Under the pieces are notes generated by a model that saw only the letters and a list, made by a program, of their open reading frames with translations, was not told where the DNA came from and ran no database searches. Both the position numbers and the translations under genes were made by a program. A stretch of DNA of 64,000 bases from an uncultured archaeon (GTDB lineage Archaea > Thermoplasmatota > Penumbrarchaeia > JASLWR01), in NCBI GenBank assembly GCA_964342815.1, contig CAYFHS010000004.1:81338-145337 (forward strand). Reading direction: 5' to 3'. Positions 18,713 to 28,277 of this stretch are shown piece by piece (position 1 is the stretch's first letter; each line of letters begins with the position of its first letter).

Positions 18713-19723
18713 CTAGAGTATTTCCTCCTCGGGATCGCCCACGTCGTAGGACGAGAACATCCTGGGGTCGTCGATGTTTACACCCGGTTCCGTTTTGAAA
18801 CGATCCCAGGCTCTTTTCAGGAGGAATCGGTTGATCTTTCGAATGGGAATTCCCATTGGACAAGATCTCTCGCAGTCGCCGCAGTCCACGCATCTGCCGG
18901 CGAGATGCATGGCCCGGACCATCTGGTAATAAAGATTCTCCCTTAGCTTAACGCTAAACTCGTTCCATTTGAATGGCTTGTACTTGTCGAAGACGCACTG
19001 CTCGCAGTAACAGAGGGGACAAGCGTCGCGGCAGGCATAGCATCGGACACATCGGGACAATTCGGCGGACCAATAATCCCATCTCTCTTCCTGGGACATT
19101 TCCTCCAGATCCCTTGTATCCCCGAACTCGTCCGTTTCGGGATCCTCCACCGGCTCGCCGAATACTTCGTCGGCCACCAGTGGGTTGTGGTGTGTGCATA
19201 CCAGGCATTTTCCGGCCAGCACCCCAGCCGCCGCTACGGTCTTCTTCTTGCCTCCTGCGCTGACCGTTAGCTTCTCATCGTCCAGCTCGAATTCCGATCC
19301 CGCATCATCCCATCCCGGAAGCTCCGCGAGAACCTCTTCAAGTTTTTCCTGTGAGACTATCCCGCGGCATGTGAGGCCAATTATCTTCACCCGTTCCCTG
19401 GGCAATATATTCTCTTTCATCAACTCCACCAGGGTCTTGGAATCGCACGGTTTGACCACGATGCCAACGGGCCTGGTATCGGGTTTTTCGCCTCTTCCGG
19501 GCTTGTACTGGACCTCGTCCACCACATACCGCGTTAGATTGCTCGCGCAGGTGGGGTCAACCACCAGACTCTCAGCATCCTCCGCGTTGTATATGAACGC
19601 CGGCCGGGCTTTCGAGGAATATTTGCCTTTATCGTACCCTATGAAGTATTTCAGGTCCCCGCTCTCCAGCCACTCCCTGGCCTTGTCCCGGACAGATTTT
19701 TCTAATGTCTGATGCTCCGTCAT
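18713..19723 (-). CDS. flxC: FlxC/FdhB-like 4Fe-4S protein
   Basis: VKPCDS, CVRCYACRDACPLCYCEQC, HLAGRCVDCGDCERSCP. Confidence 0.8.
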   Translation of the reverse strand: MTEHQTLEKSVRDKAREWLESGDLKYFIGYDKGKYSSKARPAFIYNAEDAESLVVDPTCASNLTRYVVDEVQYKPGRGEKPDTRPVGIVVKPCDSKTLVELMKENILPRERVKIIGLTCRGIVSQEKLEEVLAELPGWDDAGSEFELDDEKLTVSAGGKKKTVAAAGVLAGKCLVCTHHNPLVADEVFGEPVEDPETDEFGDTRDLEEMSQEERWDYWSAELSRCVRCYACRDACPLCYCEQCVFDKYKPFKWNEFSVKLRENLYYQMVRAMHLAGRCVDCGDCERSCPMGIPIRKINRFLLKRAWDRFKTEPGVNIDDPRMFSSYDVGDPEEEIL

Positions 19724-20145
19724 TATTCATCCCCCCTGCTGAACTTTCGTTGAGGGCCCATTTCCTTGATCTTTTTCGAGAAGTTGGTGACAACTTCTGC
19801 GAACTTCGGGGCCTCCGAAGCCGATATCCAAGATATCACTAATCTTTCGGGGTCCACGCCCATCCAGTCGATGAGATCAGCTAGAAGCGTAAGTTTTCTA
19901 CGGGCGTGATAATTCCCCTCGAGGTAATGGCAGTCTCCAGGATGACATCCCGATACAAGCACGCCGTCGGCCCCTTCCTGAAATGCTTTCAGAACAAACT
20001 GGGGATTGACCCTGCTGCTGCACATCACTCTGATAATCCGCAGGTTCGTTGGATACTGCAAGCGGGAAGTGCCTGCCAGGTCCGCTCCCGTATAGGTGCA
20101 CCAGTTGCATAAGAAACCTATTATCTTTGGCTCAAACTCACTCAT
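19723..20145 (-). CDS. mvhD: MvhD/FlxD [2Fe-2S] subunit
   Basis: [39 protein letters not shown]. Confidence 0.95.
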   Translation of the reverse strand: MSEFEPKIIGFLCNWCTYTGADLAGTSRLQYPTNLRIIRVMCSSRVNPQFVLKAFQEGADGVLVSGCHPGDCHYLEGNYHARRKLTLLADLIDWMGVDPERLVISWISASEAPKFAEVVTNFSKKIKEMGPQRKFSRGDE

Positions 20146-20342
20146 TCAACCACCTCTCTGAAGGAGCGATGCGGACTCCAATTTTCGAGCAGGTGAACCC
20201 GAGTTTCTTCTTTTCCGAATTTTTTTCTTTGCGAGGGTAAGCCAGCACAGAAAATTGCACAAAGAAAAAAACTCCACTGGTTGCATAGAAATCCTATTAT
20301 CTTCGGTTCCCATTGCGAGCCTTCTCCATGTACTTCTGTCAT
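20142..20342 (-). pseudogene. Truncated mvhD paralog remnant (about 23 homologous codons, then a long hairpin)
   Basis: [14 protein letters not shown] matches the start of the adjacent mvhD. Homology ends there, and a 16-bp inverted repeat follows (arms 20217-20232 and 20259-20274). Confidence 0.7.
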
Positions 20343-23300
20343 TTAGCTCACCCCACAGAGAGAACTCTTGATAACTGAAAGGATCTGCTGATCCTTGAAT
20401 CCCTTTTGGTCGATTGCTCCCGAGCGGCAGGTCCCGGCACAGAGGCCGCAGCCCTTGCAGAGTCCGGGATTGACAAGGGCTTTGTTATTGTCTTCCATTG
20501 TAATTGCCGAATAGGGACATGCTTCCACGCAGAAACCGCATCCGCTGCACATGCTCTCGTCCACTTCCGATACCACCGCTTCGGATTCCAGATGAGATTT
20601 GGACAATATCGTACAGGCCCTGGCTGCTGCCGCTTCAGCCTGTGCTATACTCTCGTCTATGAACTTCGGGGAATGTGCGAGACCGGCCAGGAAGACTCCA
20701 GCAGTGGCAAAGTCCACGGGCCTCAATTTCATATGGGCCTCTAGGAAGAAACCGTCCTTGGTCACAGGTAGTTTAAGCATCTGGGAGAGTTCTTTTGTAC
20801 CGTTCTGGGGTAGGATAGCATTCGAGAGTACGAGCATATCCGGTTTCAGGCGTACCTCTTTCTTGATTATGGGATCATAGACCGAAACGCTCAACCCCTC
20901 CTCATCGCTAACAAGAGGCTTGTGTTCATCGTCATATCTGATGAATATGATGCCATTCTCCGCCGCTTCCTTGTAGTATTTTTCACGGAATCCGTAGGTT
21001 CTTATATCCTTGTAGAGGACGTAAACGTTGGTATCCGGACTTTCCTCCTTTATCTTAAGAGCATTCTTTACGGCACCGGCGCAGCACACCCTGCTGCAGT
21101 ATGTTCTCTCCTCGTTCCTGGATCCTACGCACTGGATCATGACGACGTTCTCAGCTTTGAAGGTTCCGGCTGAAAGCTGTTCTTCAAGCTGTTTTCTCGT
21201 AAAAACACGTTCATTCTTTCCGTAGAGGTATTCTGTGGGAATGTACTCCTTTCCTCCCGTGGCGATCACAACGATGCCGTGGGACAATTCTCTCTCGTCA
21301 CCTTTACCCCCCGGGATTACAGTGGTCTTGAAATTCCCGATGAAGCCGTCAATATTCATAATTTTAGTCGCGGTGAACAATTCTACCTTGTCGTGTTCTT
21401 TGACACGGGAAATGAGAGAGTGCAGGAATTCCTGGGGATCATCATCCCCAAGCATGAAGCGCGTGTTCTTTGCGGCACCTCCCAGTTCATCGTCCCTCTC
21501 CACCAGGAAGGTCTCGTAACCCTGATCCGCCAGTTCCAGAGCGCTGGTCATTCCAGCGATCCCACCACCTATCACCAGTGCCCGTTGAACAACATCAAGC
21601 TCAACCCTTTTCAGCGGTTCCAGATAGGCTGCCTTGTTCACTGCCATCCTGACCAGGTCCTTCGCCTTGGCCGTGGCCTTGTCCTTCTCTTTCATGTGGA
21701 CCCATGAACACTGCTCGCGTATGTTGGCGAACTCGAAGAGATTTGGATTCAATCCGGCTTCCCTGATGGTGCTCTGGAACAGGGGCTCGTGGGTTCTGGG
21801 TGTGCAGGCGGAAACAACCACCCTGTTCAGATCGTGTTCCTTGATGAGTTCCAGCATCTTATTCTGTGTGTCCTGGGAACAGGTATAGATAAATTCGTCC
21901 GCCCTGGCCACGTACGGCAGTGTTCTTGAGTATTCCACCACTGAGGGCACATTCACCACCGAGCCGATATTGATCCCGCAGTGACAGACGAATACGCCGA
22001 TCCTCGGTGTCTGTCCCGTGAAGTCCCTTTCCGGAGGATATTCCTTCACTGTAACGAGAGTATCCCGCTCGGACGAAATTATATTGGAAGCCTTTGCCGC
22101 GGCACCGCTGGCATCGGCCACTGTCATGGGAATGTCCTTGGGTGCGGAAGTAGCCCCCGTGACGAATATCCCGTTTCTCGAAGTGTCGAGAGGCGCGAAA
22201 GTGTCTGTCTTCACGAAGCCGTATTCATTGAGGTCGATCCCGAGTTTCTCACTGAGACCTTCCAGGGATTTCGATGCCTCGAGAGCGCAGGACAGCACCA
22301 CCACGTCGAATTCCTTTTCTTTTTTTACCTCATCCTCGAGGTAGTTGATGATCAGATTATTAGTTGCTGGATTTTCCTCGATACTTGGAACCCTGCACCT
22401 TGTGAATTTGATACCGTGTTCGTGCTCTGCCCGGATATAATAATCGTCGAATTCCTTGCCGAAGGCTCGGATATCCATGAAGAAAATGTGGGCCTCGAGA
22501 CCTGGTGAATGTTCCTGGGCGATGATGGCTTCCTTGATAGCATACATACAGCAAACACTGGAACAGTACTCGTTGGCGTTCTCGTCGCGAGAACCGACGC
22601 ACTGCAGGAATGCTATTTTTTTGGGTGGCTGCCCGTCCGATGGGCGGATCACGTGGCCCTCAGTGGGCCCTGTGGCACTGAGATATCTCTCGAGTTCCAT
22701 GCTGTTCAAAACGTTCTTGAATCTACCGTATCCCAGCTCTTCCTTCTTTTTCGGGTCGTACAGGTCGAATCCAGTGGACACCACTACTGCCCCCACATTT
22801 ATCTCTTCTCGCCTGTCCTCCTGGTCGTATTCTATTGCACCCGCCTTGCAGAACTCAGCGCAGGTTCGGCAGTTTCCAGTCCTATAGTAAACGCATTTTT
22901 CCTTGTCTATGACGGGAATCTTAGGGATGGCCTGTGGAAAGGGAATGTATATGGGATTTCTGCAATCGAGCAGTTCGTTGTACTCTGATAGAATGGGGTC
23001 GATCTTGTTCCCGCTGATCCGCTCGACCTTTTTCTGGGTGAACCGGGTGGTGGGGCATATGGATGCACACGCACCGCAGGTAATACACACGTCGGAAAGC
23101 GCCATGTAGGGGGTTCCCAATTCCCGGTCGATACCCCTTCCCTGGAAATTGATGGCGTAGCTCCCCATTTTCTCACACATGCGTACGCATAAACCGCACA
23201 GGATACAGTTGTCGTCCTTGTTCTTGAAACGGGTCTCACCGATTTTGTACTGCTCCGCCAGTTCCAAAAGTACCAGTTCCTCCGGGCAGCGGGAAAGGAG

Positions 23301-23573
23301 CAATTCCACCGTCATTCGACGGCTGGAGTTTACCATATCAGTATCTGTGAATATCTTTGAGCCTTCAACAGCGGGCATGGTGCAGGCCGTTACCAGCTTG
23401 TTACCATTTCTCTGTTCTAGTTCCACGACGCACAGGCGACAGGCTCCGTAGGGGGATACTGCCTTGTAGTTACACAGGGTGGGTATCCTTATTTTATTGT
23501 CATCGGCAACTTCCAATATTGTCTGACCTTCCTCGGCCTCATATGGATTTCCGTCTATCTGAATGCTGACCAT
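20343..23573 (-). CDS. hdrA: Fusion: NuoG/HydA-type N-terminal Fe-S domain + remainder of HdrA + second HdrA module
   Basis: N-terminal PTLC..GACRLC..LVTAC [2Fe-2S] and CILCGLCVRMC / CITCGACASICP. HdrA motifs follow: PIYIPFPQAIP, ELER, QCVGSRD, CSSVCCMY, GVFVCHCG, ACTPRTHE, IREQCSW, GGGIAG, a second QCVGSR/CSRVCC, and a C-terminal 2x[4Fe-4S]. Confidence 0.9.
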   Translation of the reverse strand: MVSIQIDGNPYEAEEGQTILEVADDNKIRIPTLCNYKAVSPYGACRLCVVELEQRNGNKLVTACTMPAVEGSKIFTDTDMVNSSRRMTVELLLSRCPEELVLLELAEQYKIGETRFKNKDDNCILCGLCVRMCEKMGSYAINFQGRGIDRELGTPYMALSDVCITCGACASICPTTRFTQKKVERISGNKIDPILSEYNELLDCRNPIYIPFPQAIPKIPVIDKEKCVYYRTGNCRTCAEFCKAGAIEYDQEDRREEINVGAVVVSTGFDLYDPKKKEELGYGRFKNVLNSMELERYLSATGPTEGHVIRPSDGQPPKKIAFLQCVGSRDENANEYCSSVCCMYAIKEAIIAQEHSPGLEAHIFFMDIRAFGKEFDDYYIRAEHEHGIKFTRCRVPSIEENPATNNLIINYLEDEVKKEKEFDVVVLSCALEASKSLEGLSEKLGIDLNEYGFVKTDTFAPLDTSRNGIFVTGATSAPKDIPMTVADASGAAAKASNIISSERDTLVTVKEYPPERDFTGQTPRIGVFVCHCGINIGSVVNVPSVVEYSRTLPYVARADEFIYTCSQDTQNKMLELIKEHDLNRVVVSACTPRTHEPLFQSTIREAGLNPNLFEFANIREQCSWVHMKEKDKATAKAKDLVRMAVNKAAYLEPLKRVELDVVQRALVIGGGIAGMTSALELADQGYETFLVERDDELGGAAKNTRFMLGDDDPQEFLHSLISRVKEHDKVELFTATKIMNIDGFIGNFKTTVIPGGKGDERELSHGIVVIATGGKEYIPTEYLYGKNERVFTRKQLEEQLSAGTFKAENVVMIQCVGSRNEERTYCSRVCCAGAVKNALKIKEESPDTNVYVLYKDIRTYGFREKYYKEAAENGIIFIRYDDEHKPLVSDEEGLSVSVYDPIIKKEVRLKPDMLVLSNAILPQNGTKELSQMLKLPVTKDGFFLEAHMKLRPVDFATAGVFLAGLAHSPKFIDESIAQAEAAAARACTILSKSHLESEAVVSEVDESMCSGCGFCVEACPYSAITMEDNNKALVNPGLCKGCGLCAGTCRSGAIDQKGFKDQQILSVIKSSLCGVS

Positions 23574-25439
23574 TTAGTCCACCCCCGTTTCAATATCGAC
23601 TGCACTGAATCTGCAAACCGTATGGCACGAACCGCATTTCGTGCAGACGTCCTGGTCGATCACATGCGGTTTTTTCCTTTCTCCGGAAATTGCCTTTACC
23701 GGACACTTCCGGGCGCACAGAGTGCAGCCCATACAATAGTCCGGTTTTATCTTATACCTGATCAGGTCCTTGCAGACCTTGGCTGGGCAGGCATGCCGCT
23801 CTATGTGGGCCAGGTATTCGTCCTTGAAATATCTCAGCGTGCTCAATACCGGATTCGATGAAAAATTCCCCAGACCGCACATGGAAGTATTCTTGATATA
23901 CCTGCTCAATTCCACCAGTAACTGCAGGTCTTCCTCGGAACCGACCCCTGCACAGATATCATCCAGTATCTCCAGCATTCGGGCGTTCCCTTCTCTGCAG
24001 GAAGTACACTTTCCACAGGATTCGTCCACGGAAAATGCCGTGAAATACCTGGCGACATCCACCATGCAGGTGTCCTCATCCATGACGATCATACCGCCTG
24101 AACCCATTATGGAACCCAAGCGGGATAGATTGGCATAATCTATTGCTACATCCAGAAAGTCTTCCGGAACACATCCTCCCGAGGGACCTCCGGTCTGCAC
24201 GGCTTTGAACTTTCGATTATTGGAAATTCCGCCACCTATTGAAAAGATGATCTCACGCAGCGTGGTCCCGAATGGAATTTCCACGAGGCCGATATTGTTT
24301 ATTTTACCCACTAGGGAAAATATCTTCGTCCCCTTGCTCGATAAAGTACCCGTACCGGAAAACCATTCACTGCCCCGGTTTATTATATGTCGCACGTTGG
24401 CCCAGGTCTCGACGTTGTTGATACATGTCGGATAACCCCAAAGACCGGATTGGGCGGGATAAGGAGGCCGTTGTCTTGGTTCTCCCTCTCTCCCCTCTAT
24501 GGAAGCTATGAGAGCGGTTTCCTCTCCGCATACGAATGCACCCGCACCCTGATAAATTTCAAGATCGAAATTAAAACCAGTCCCCAGAATATTATCGCCC
24601 AGCAGTCCCATTTCCTTAGCTTCGGCCATGGCGATTCTCACGTTATGAAGAGCCAGAGGATACTCGGCTCTTAGATAGATATATCCGTGATTCGTACCCA
24701 TGGCATAGGCACCTATGAGCATCCCTTCGATAATGCAATGCGGATTGCCTTCAAGAAGACTCCGGTCCATGTAGGCTCCGGGATCTCCCTCGTCCGCATT
24801 ACAGATTACGTACCGTTTCTCACCGGGAGCATTACTCATGAACTCCCACTTCAGTCCCGTTGGAAACCCAGCCCCACCCCTGCCTTTGAGACCGGCATCT
24901 TTCATTTCTTTTATAACCTCTTCCGGTGTCATCTCTCCCAATACCTTTGATATGGCGGAGTAGCCCCCCAGTGCCAGGTAATCTTCGAAACTAGTTGGAT
25001 CGATGAGTCCATTATCCGCAAAGATAGTTCGTTTCTGGTTTTTGTAAAAGGGTATGTTGTGCTCGTGGATTATAAGACCCCCTGTGGCGGGATCCTTGTA
25101 TAGGAATTCTTCGATGATTTCATCATTGATTACGGTTTCCGTGACTATCCGGGGGACCTGATCCGGTTTTACATTGGGATAGAAATAATTTTCCGGCTTG
25201 ATTAGAACGATGGGGCCCTTCTCACAGAAGCCATGGCATCCGGTTATCCTGAGATCGGTGGAATCCGAAATCCCTTGTTTGACCAGCTCTTCCTTGAACG
25301 CCTCAACAATGGAGTCCGATTTTGACGCCTTGCACCCCGTTCCACCGCAAATCGTTATCACCTTTTTCTCTGTATCCCGCTGTTCAATGACGAACTTTCG
25401 GAGATTAGCCACATCCCGGGGTTTTTTCAACATTAGCAT
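23574..25439 (-). CDS. nuoF: NuoF/HydB-like NADH-binding FMN subunit with N-terminal [2Fe-2S] and C-terminal 2x[4Fe-4S]
   Basis: CGGTGC..GCHGFCEKGP, GRGGAGFPTG, NADEGDPGAYMDR, GAFVCGEETAL, SCGKCTSCREG, CMGCTLCARKCP, CTKCGSCHTVC. Confidence 0.93.
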   Translation of the reverse strand: MLMLKKPRDVANLRKFVIEQRDTEKKVITICGGTGCKASKSDSIVEAFKEELVKQGISDSTDLRITGCHGFCEKGPIVLIKPENYFYPNVKPDQVPRIVTETVINDEIIEEFLYKDPATGGLIIHEHNIPFYKNQKRTIFADNGLIDPTSFEDYLALGGYSAISKVLGEMTPEEVIKEMKDAGLKGRGGAGFPTGLKWEFMSNAPGEKRYVICNADEGDPGAYMDRSLLEGNPHCIIEGMLIGAYAMGTNHGYIYLRAEYPLALHNVRIAMAEAKEMGLLGDNILGTGFNFDLEIYQGAGAFVCGEETALIASIEGREGEPRQRPPYPAQSGLWGYPTCINNVETWANVRHIINRGSEWFSGTGTLSSKGTKIFSLVGKINNIGLVEIPFGTTLREIIFSIGGGISNNRKFKAVQTGGPSGGCVPEDFLDVAIDYANLSRLGSIMGSGGMIVMDEDTCMVDVARYFTAFSVDESCGKCTSCREGNARMLEILDDICAGVGSEEDLQLLVELSRYIKNTSMCGLGNFSSNPVLSTLRYFKDEYLAHIERHACPAKVCKDLIRYKIKPDYCMGCTLCARKCPVKAISGERKKPHVIDQDVCTKCGSCHTVCRFSAVDIETGVD

Positions 25440-26294
25440 TTATTCGACCCCCTTGAGAGGTGTCATAATCTCTTCAACCTTGGGAACGGTGATTTTTCCA
25501 TGCAGTTCATCGTTCACCATTATTATCGGTCCCAGAGCACAGGCGCCGACGCAATTCACCACTTCCAGGGAGAAGATTCCATCCTCCGTATCGGCCATGA
25601 CCGCTTTTACAGCATCGGTTATGGAACGGGCTCCCCGCACATGGCAGGCAGTACCAAGGCAAATCTTGATGTGATATTCTCCCCTCATCTCCATGCTGAA
25701 TGACTTGTAGAACGTGGCAACGCGATATATCTTTGATAGCGGAATTTCAAGTCGGTAAGAAAGATATTTGAGGACATCCCCGGGAAGATATCTGAATATT
25801 TCGTTGACATCCAGCAGTATCTGTATCAGTGGTGCCTCAAAGGTGGCATATTTTTCGATTAAATCGTCTATTGTTTTCTTTTCCCTGACTTTCGGGGCTT
25901 CTGTCGGTTTCTCGGGGATTTGAACCTGAAGTGAGACTGGACAGTTCTCGACACATGTTCCGCAGCCTGTACATTTATCCACATCCACCGAGCGTGCCTT
26001 TCTGTCTACGAGAACGGTAAAGTTACCTTCTTTTCCTACGACTCCTTGGAGTTCTGAATATGTTAGAAGTTCTATGTTGGGATGTCTCCCTACGTCAACC
26101 ATTTTGGGTGACATGATACACATGGAGCAGTCGTTAGTAGGAAAAGTTTTGTCCAACTGAGCCATGGTTCCTCCGATGCTGGGCCCGGATTCAAGAAGAT
26201 ACACCTTGAATCCGGAATTGGCCAGGTCCAGGGCGGACTGCATGCCTCCGATACCTGCTCCCACCACAAGAACTGATCCTACTTTTTTATCCAT
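25440..26294 (-). CDS. Fusion: HdrA N-terminal FAD-binding segment + first ferredoxin half + NuoE/HydC [2Fe-2S] domain
   Basis: VVGAGIGG, MAQLDKTFPTNDCSMC and CTGCGTCVENCP, then VATFYKSF, ICLGTACHVRGA and NCVGACALGP. ATG 26294 follows GGAGGAGG. Confidence 0.9.
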   Translation of the reverse strand: MDKKVGSVLVVGAGIGGMQSALDLANSGFKVYLLESGPSIGGTMAQLDKTFPTNDCSMCIMSPKMVDVGRHPNIELLTYSELQGVVGKEGNFTVLVDRKARSVDVDKCTGCGTCVENCPVSLQVQIPEKPTEAPKVREKKTIDDLIEKYATFEAPLIQILLDVNEIFRYLPGDVLKYLSYRLEIPLSKIYRVATFYKSFSMEMRGEYHIKICLGTACHVRGARSITDAVKAVMADTEDGIFSLEVVNCVGACALGPIIMVNDELHGKITVPKVEEIMTPLKGVE

Positions 26295-26295
26295 A

Positions 26296-27207
26296 CTATT
26301 CGCCTCCTCCCTTGAGCCCATCAAGCTTCTTAAGGAGTGGTCTCACCTTGACCTGATTCTTATTAACTGCAAGATCCTTACGAGGGTGGAATCCCATGGC
26401 AAGGCCCAGGAGCTGTGGATAATATAGTACTGGAATATCGTATTTGACATCGGCCTTTGCACCGATGGTGGGTTGATATTCGTCGTACATAATATCACAG
26501 AACGGGCAGATCACTATCAACGCATCCACTTCTGCCTCTTTTAGATGATCCAACTTCTGTTTTACCATATCCATGGACGTATTCTCTGAAACTGCCAAAA
26601 TGCCTCCCCCGCAACATTGAAGTTTATCCCTGTATGATACCGATTCGGCCCCGGTGACCTCGATGAGTTTGTCAAGGCTCTCAGGAAAGTAAGGACTGTC
26701 GAAGTGGTCGAACAATTCGCTTGGCTTTGTGTAATGGCAGCCGTAATGAGGTGCGACCTTCAAGCCCGTTAAGGGTTCGGTAACAGCTTCTTTCATCTTG
26801 TCTAAACCGATCTCCTCGAAAAGGAAGCGGGAGAAATGTTTCACCTTCACATTTCCTTTGAATTCATAACCCATGTCGGCCAATTCCTCGTTGACCTTCT
26901 TCAACTCCTCTTCGTGGTTCATGTCCGCGTAGTACTTTGCCGCTTTTGTGAGGTGGCCTGTGCAGGCGCTGCACAGGGTGAGGATATCCAGTCCTTCTGC
27001 TTCTGCGAGAGCGAGATTGCGTGCCGCCACTGCCATGGCGGAATGATGATGTACGCCATCTATCGGGAAACCGCAGCATGAAAAACCGGGAATGTCCACG
27101 AGTTCGATCCCAAGTTTCGAGGCGATTTTTCTTGTAGAGAGCTCATAATTGAAACCCCTGACTGATACCGTGCATCCCAGATAAAGGGCGAACCTGTGTT
27201 CACTCAT
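26296..27207 (-). CDS. hdrB: Heterodisulfide reductase subunit B
   Basis: YLGCT, SCCG, LCSAC, HYGCHY, QCCGGG, CPFC. ATG 27207. Confidence 0.92.
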   Translation of the reverse strand: MSEHRFALYLGCTVSVRGFNYELSTRKIASKLGIELVDIPGFSCCGFPIDGVHHHSAMAVAARNLALAEAEGLDILTLCSACTGHLTKAAKYYADMNHEEELKKVNEELADMGYEFKGNVKVKHFSRFLFEEIGLDKMKEAVTEPLTGLKVAPHYGCHYTKPSELFDHFDSPYFPESLDKLIEVTGAESVSYRDKLQCCGGGILAVSENTSMDMVKQKLDHLKEAEVDALIVICPFCDIMYDEYQPTIGAKADVKYDIPVLYYPQLLGLAMGFHPRKDLAVNKNQVKVRPLLKKLDGLKGGGE

Positions 27208-27739
27208 CGCTGCCACCCTCCTTGATCGCGTCATGAATGCCCGCTTTTTTCAGTAAGTCTTTAATTTCCGAGATTTTGAATTCAAGTTCCGGTATTCCCT
27301 TTTTCGCCCGTACCGTGTTCTCGAACTCGCTGACCTCAAGTAGACGGCCGAATTTTTCCAGCAGGTCGACGGCGGCTCCCATTGCCTTTGGCAGATATCC
27401 CTCTCGTACGGCAATGTTTCTGAGAGCGACCATCAAACTCGTTATCTTGACGTCTCTAGGACACCGTTCGTAACAACTGTAACACCCTGAACAGAGCCAG
27501 ATGAACTCACTGCTCAGTACTTCTTCCTTCATACCCAGCAGGACCATCCGGATGATCCTTCGAGGATTGTAGCTATCGTTGACGGATAGTACCGGACATA
27601 TGGCGGCGCAGGTTCCGCACGCAAAGCATTTTCTAATGTTCTCTCCGCCGGGTTCCAGAGCCACCAGATTCTTGAAATTAGGATCCAGGTCATCCATTGA
27701 AACAGATTCTTCTGTTGACGAATCTTCTATCTTTGACAT
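27200..27739 (-). CDS. hdrC: Heterodisulfide reductase subunit C
   Basis: CFACGTCAAICP, WLCSGCYSCYERCPRDV. ATG 27739 follows GTGAGG. Confidence 0.93.
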   Translation of the reverse strand: MSKIEDSSTEESVSMDDLDPNFKNLVALEPGGENIRKCFACGTCAAICPVLSVNDSYNPRRIIRMVLLGMKEEVLSSEFIWLCSGCYSCYERCPRDVKITSLMVALRNIAVREGYLPKAMGAAVDLLEKFGRLLEVSEFENTVRAKKGIPELEFKISEIKDLLKKAGIHDAIKEGGSDE

Positions 27740-27963
27740 TATTATTCCCTCACTTCTTGTGATTATTTTATCACTTTTATAAATTATGCTAAAATTCAGT
27801 CTCAACCCGATTCCAAATTTCACTTATTATATCCTTATATCGAATAATCAGGAAAATATACAAACTCAAACAAACCCGTGTTCCCCTTGATTATGCGATA
27901 TTAATTTTCACATATTTCATATGATTTTGGTCATAATTCTGCAAGATTTTTATACCTCTTTGC

Positions 27964-27977
27964 TTAACAATTGTTAA
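27964..27977. promoter_or_regulatory. Perfect palindrome TTAACAATTGTTAA upstream of hdrC
   Basis: 14-bp perfect palindrome in the AT-rich hdrC upstream region, adjacent to a TATA-like run at ~27948-27955. Confidence 0.4.
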
Positions 27978-28277
27978 CTGGAAACGCGTATTTATATTTT
28001 GTTCATCGGTCATCTGTAAAGGATAAGGAAATGTAATTATCATACTGCTGAAAAGTGCAACTGGAAAGGTTAATAAACGAGTAGAATTAAGGGTTTATGG
28101 ACATTTCGTAATTCGGTCCAATTTGTCAACGAAAACCTTGCGAAAATACATACTCCCTCTATTACACGGGACTGTATCCTACCATTGAGTGCTAGTCCAA
28201 AATAATAACAAATTCCAGGATTATTTGATTCACTGTGGTAGCTGCTCCATGGAAATGCAATAGGGATATTTGAGATG

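Noticed and set aside
20343-25439. [FeFe]-hydrogenase or formate dehydrogenase
   Set aside because: The NuoG-like part stops after its Fe-S clusters. There are no H-cluster motifs, NiFe large subunit or molybdopterin domain in the window.
16726-26427. Long plus-strand ORFs overlapping the flx/hdr genes (e.g. 16726-17466, 17582-18283) and similar antisense ORFs elsewhere (34121-34810, 35110-35799)
   Set aside because: Shadow frames of real genes on the opposite strand or frame, with no motifs or RBS.
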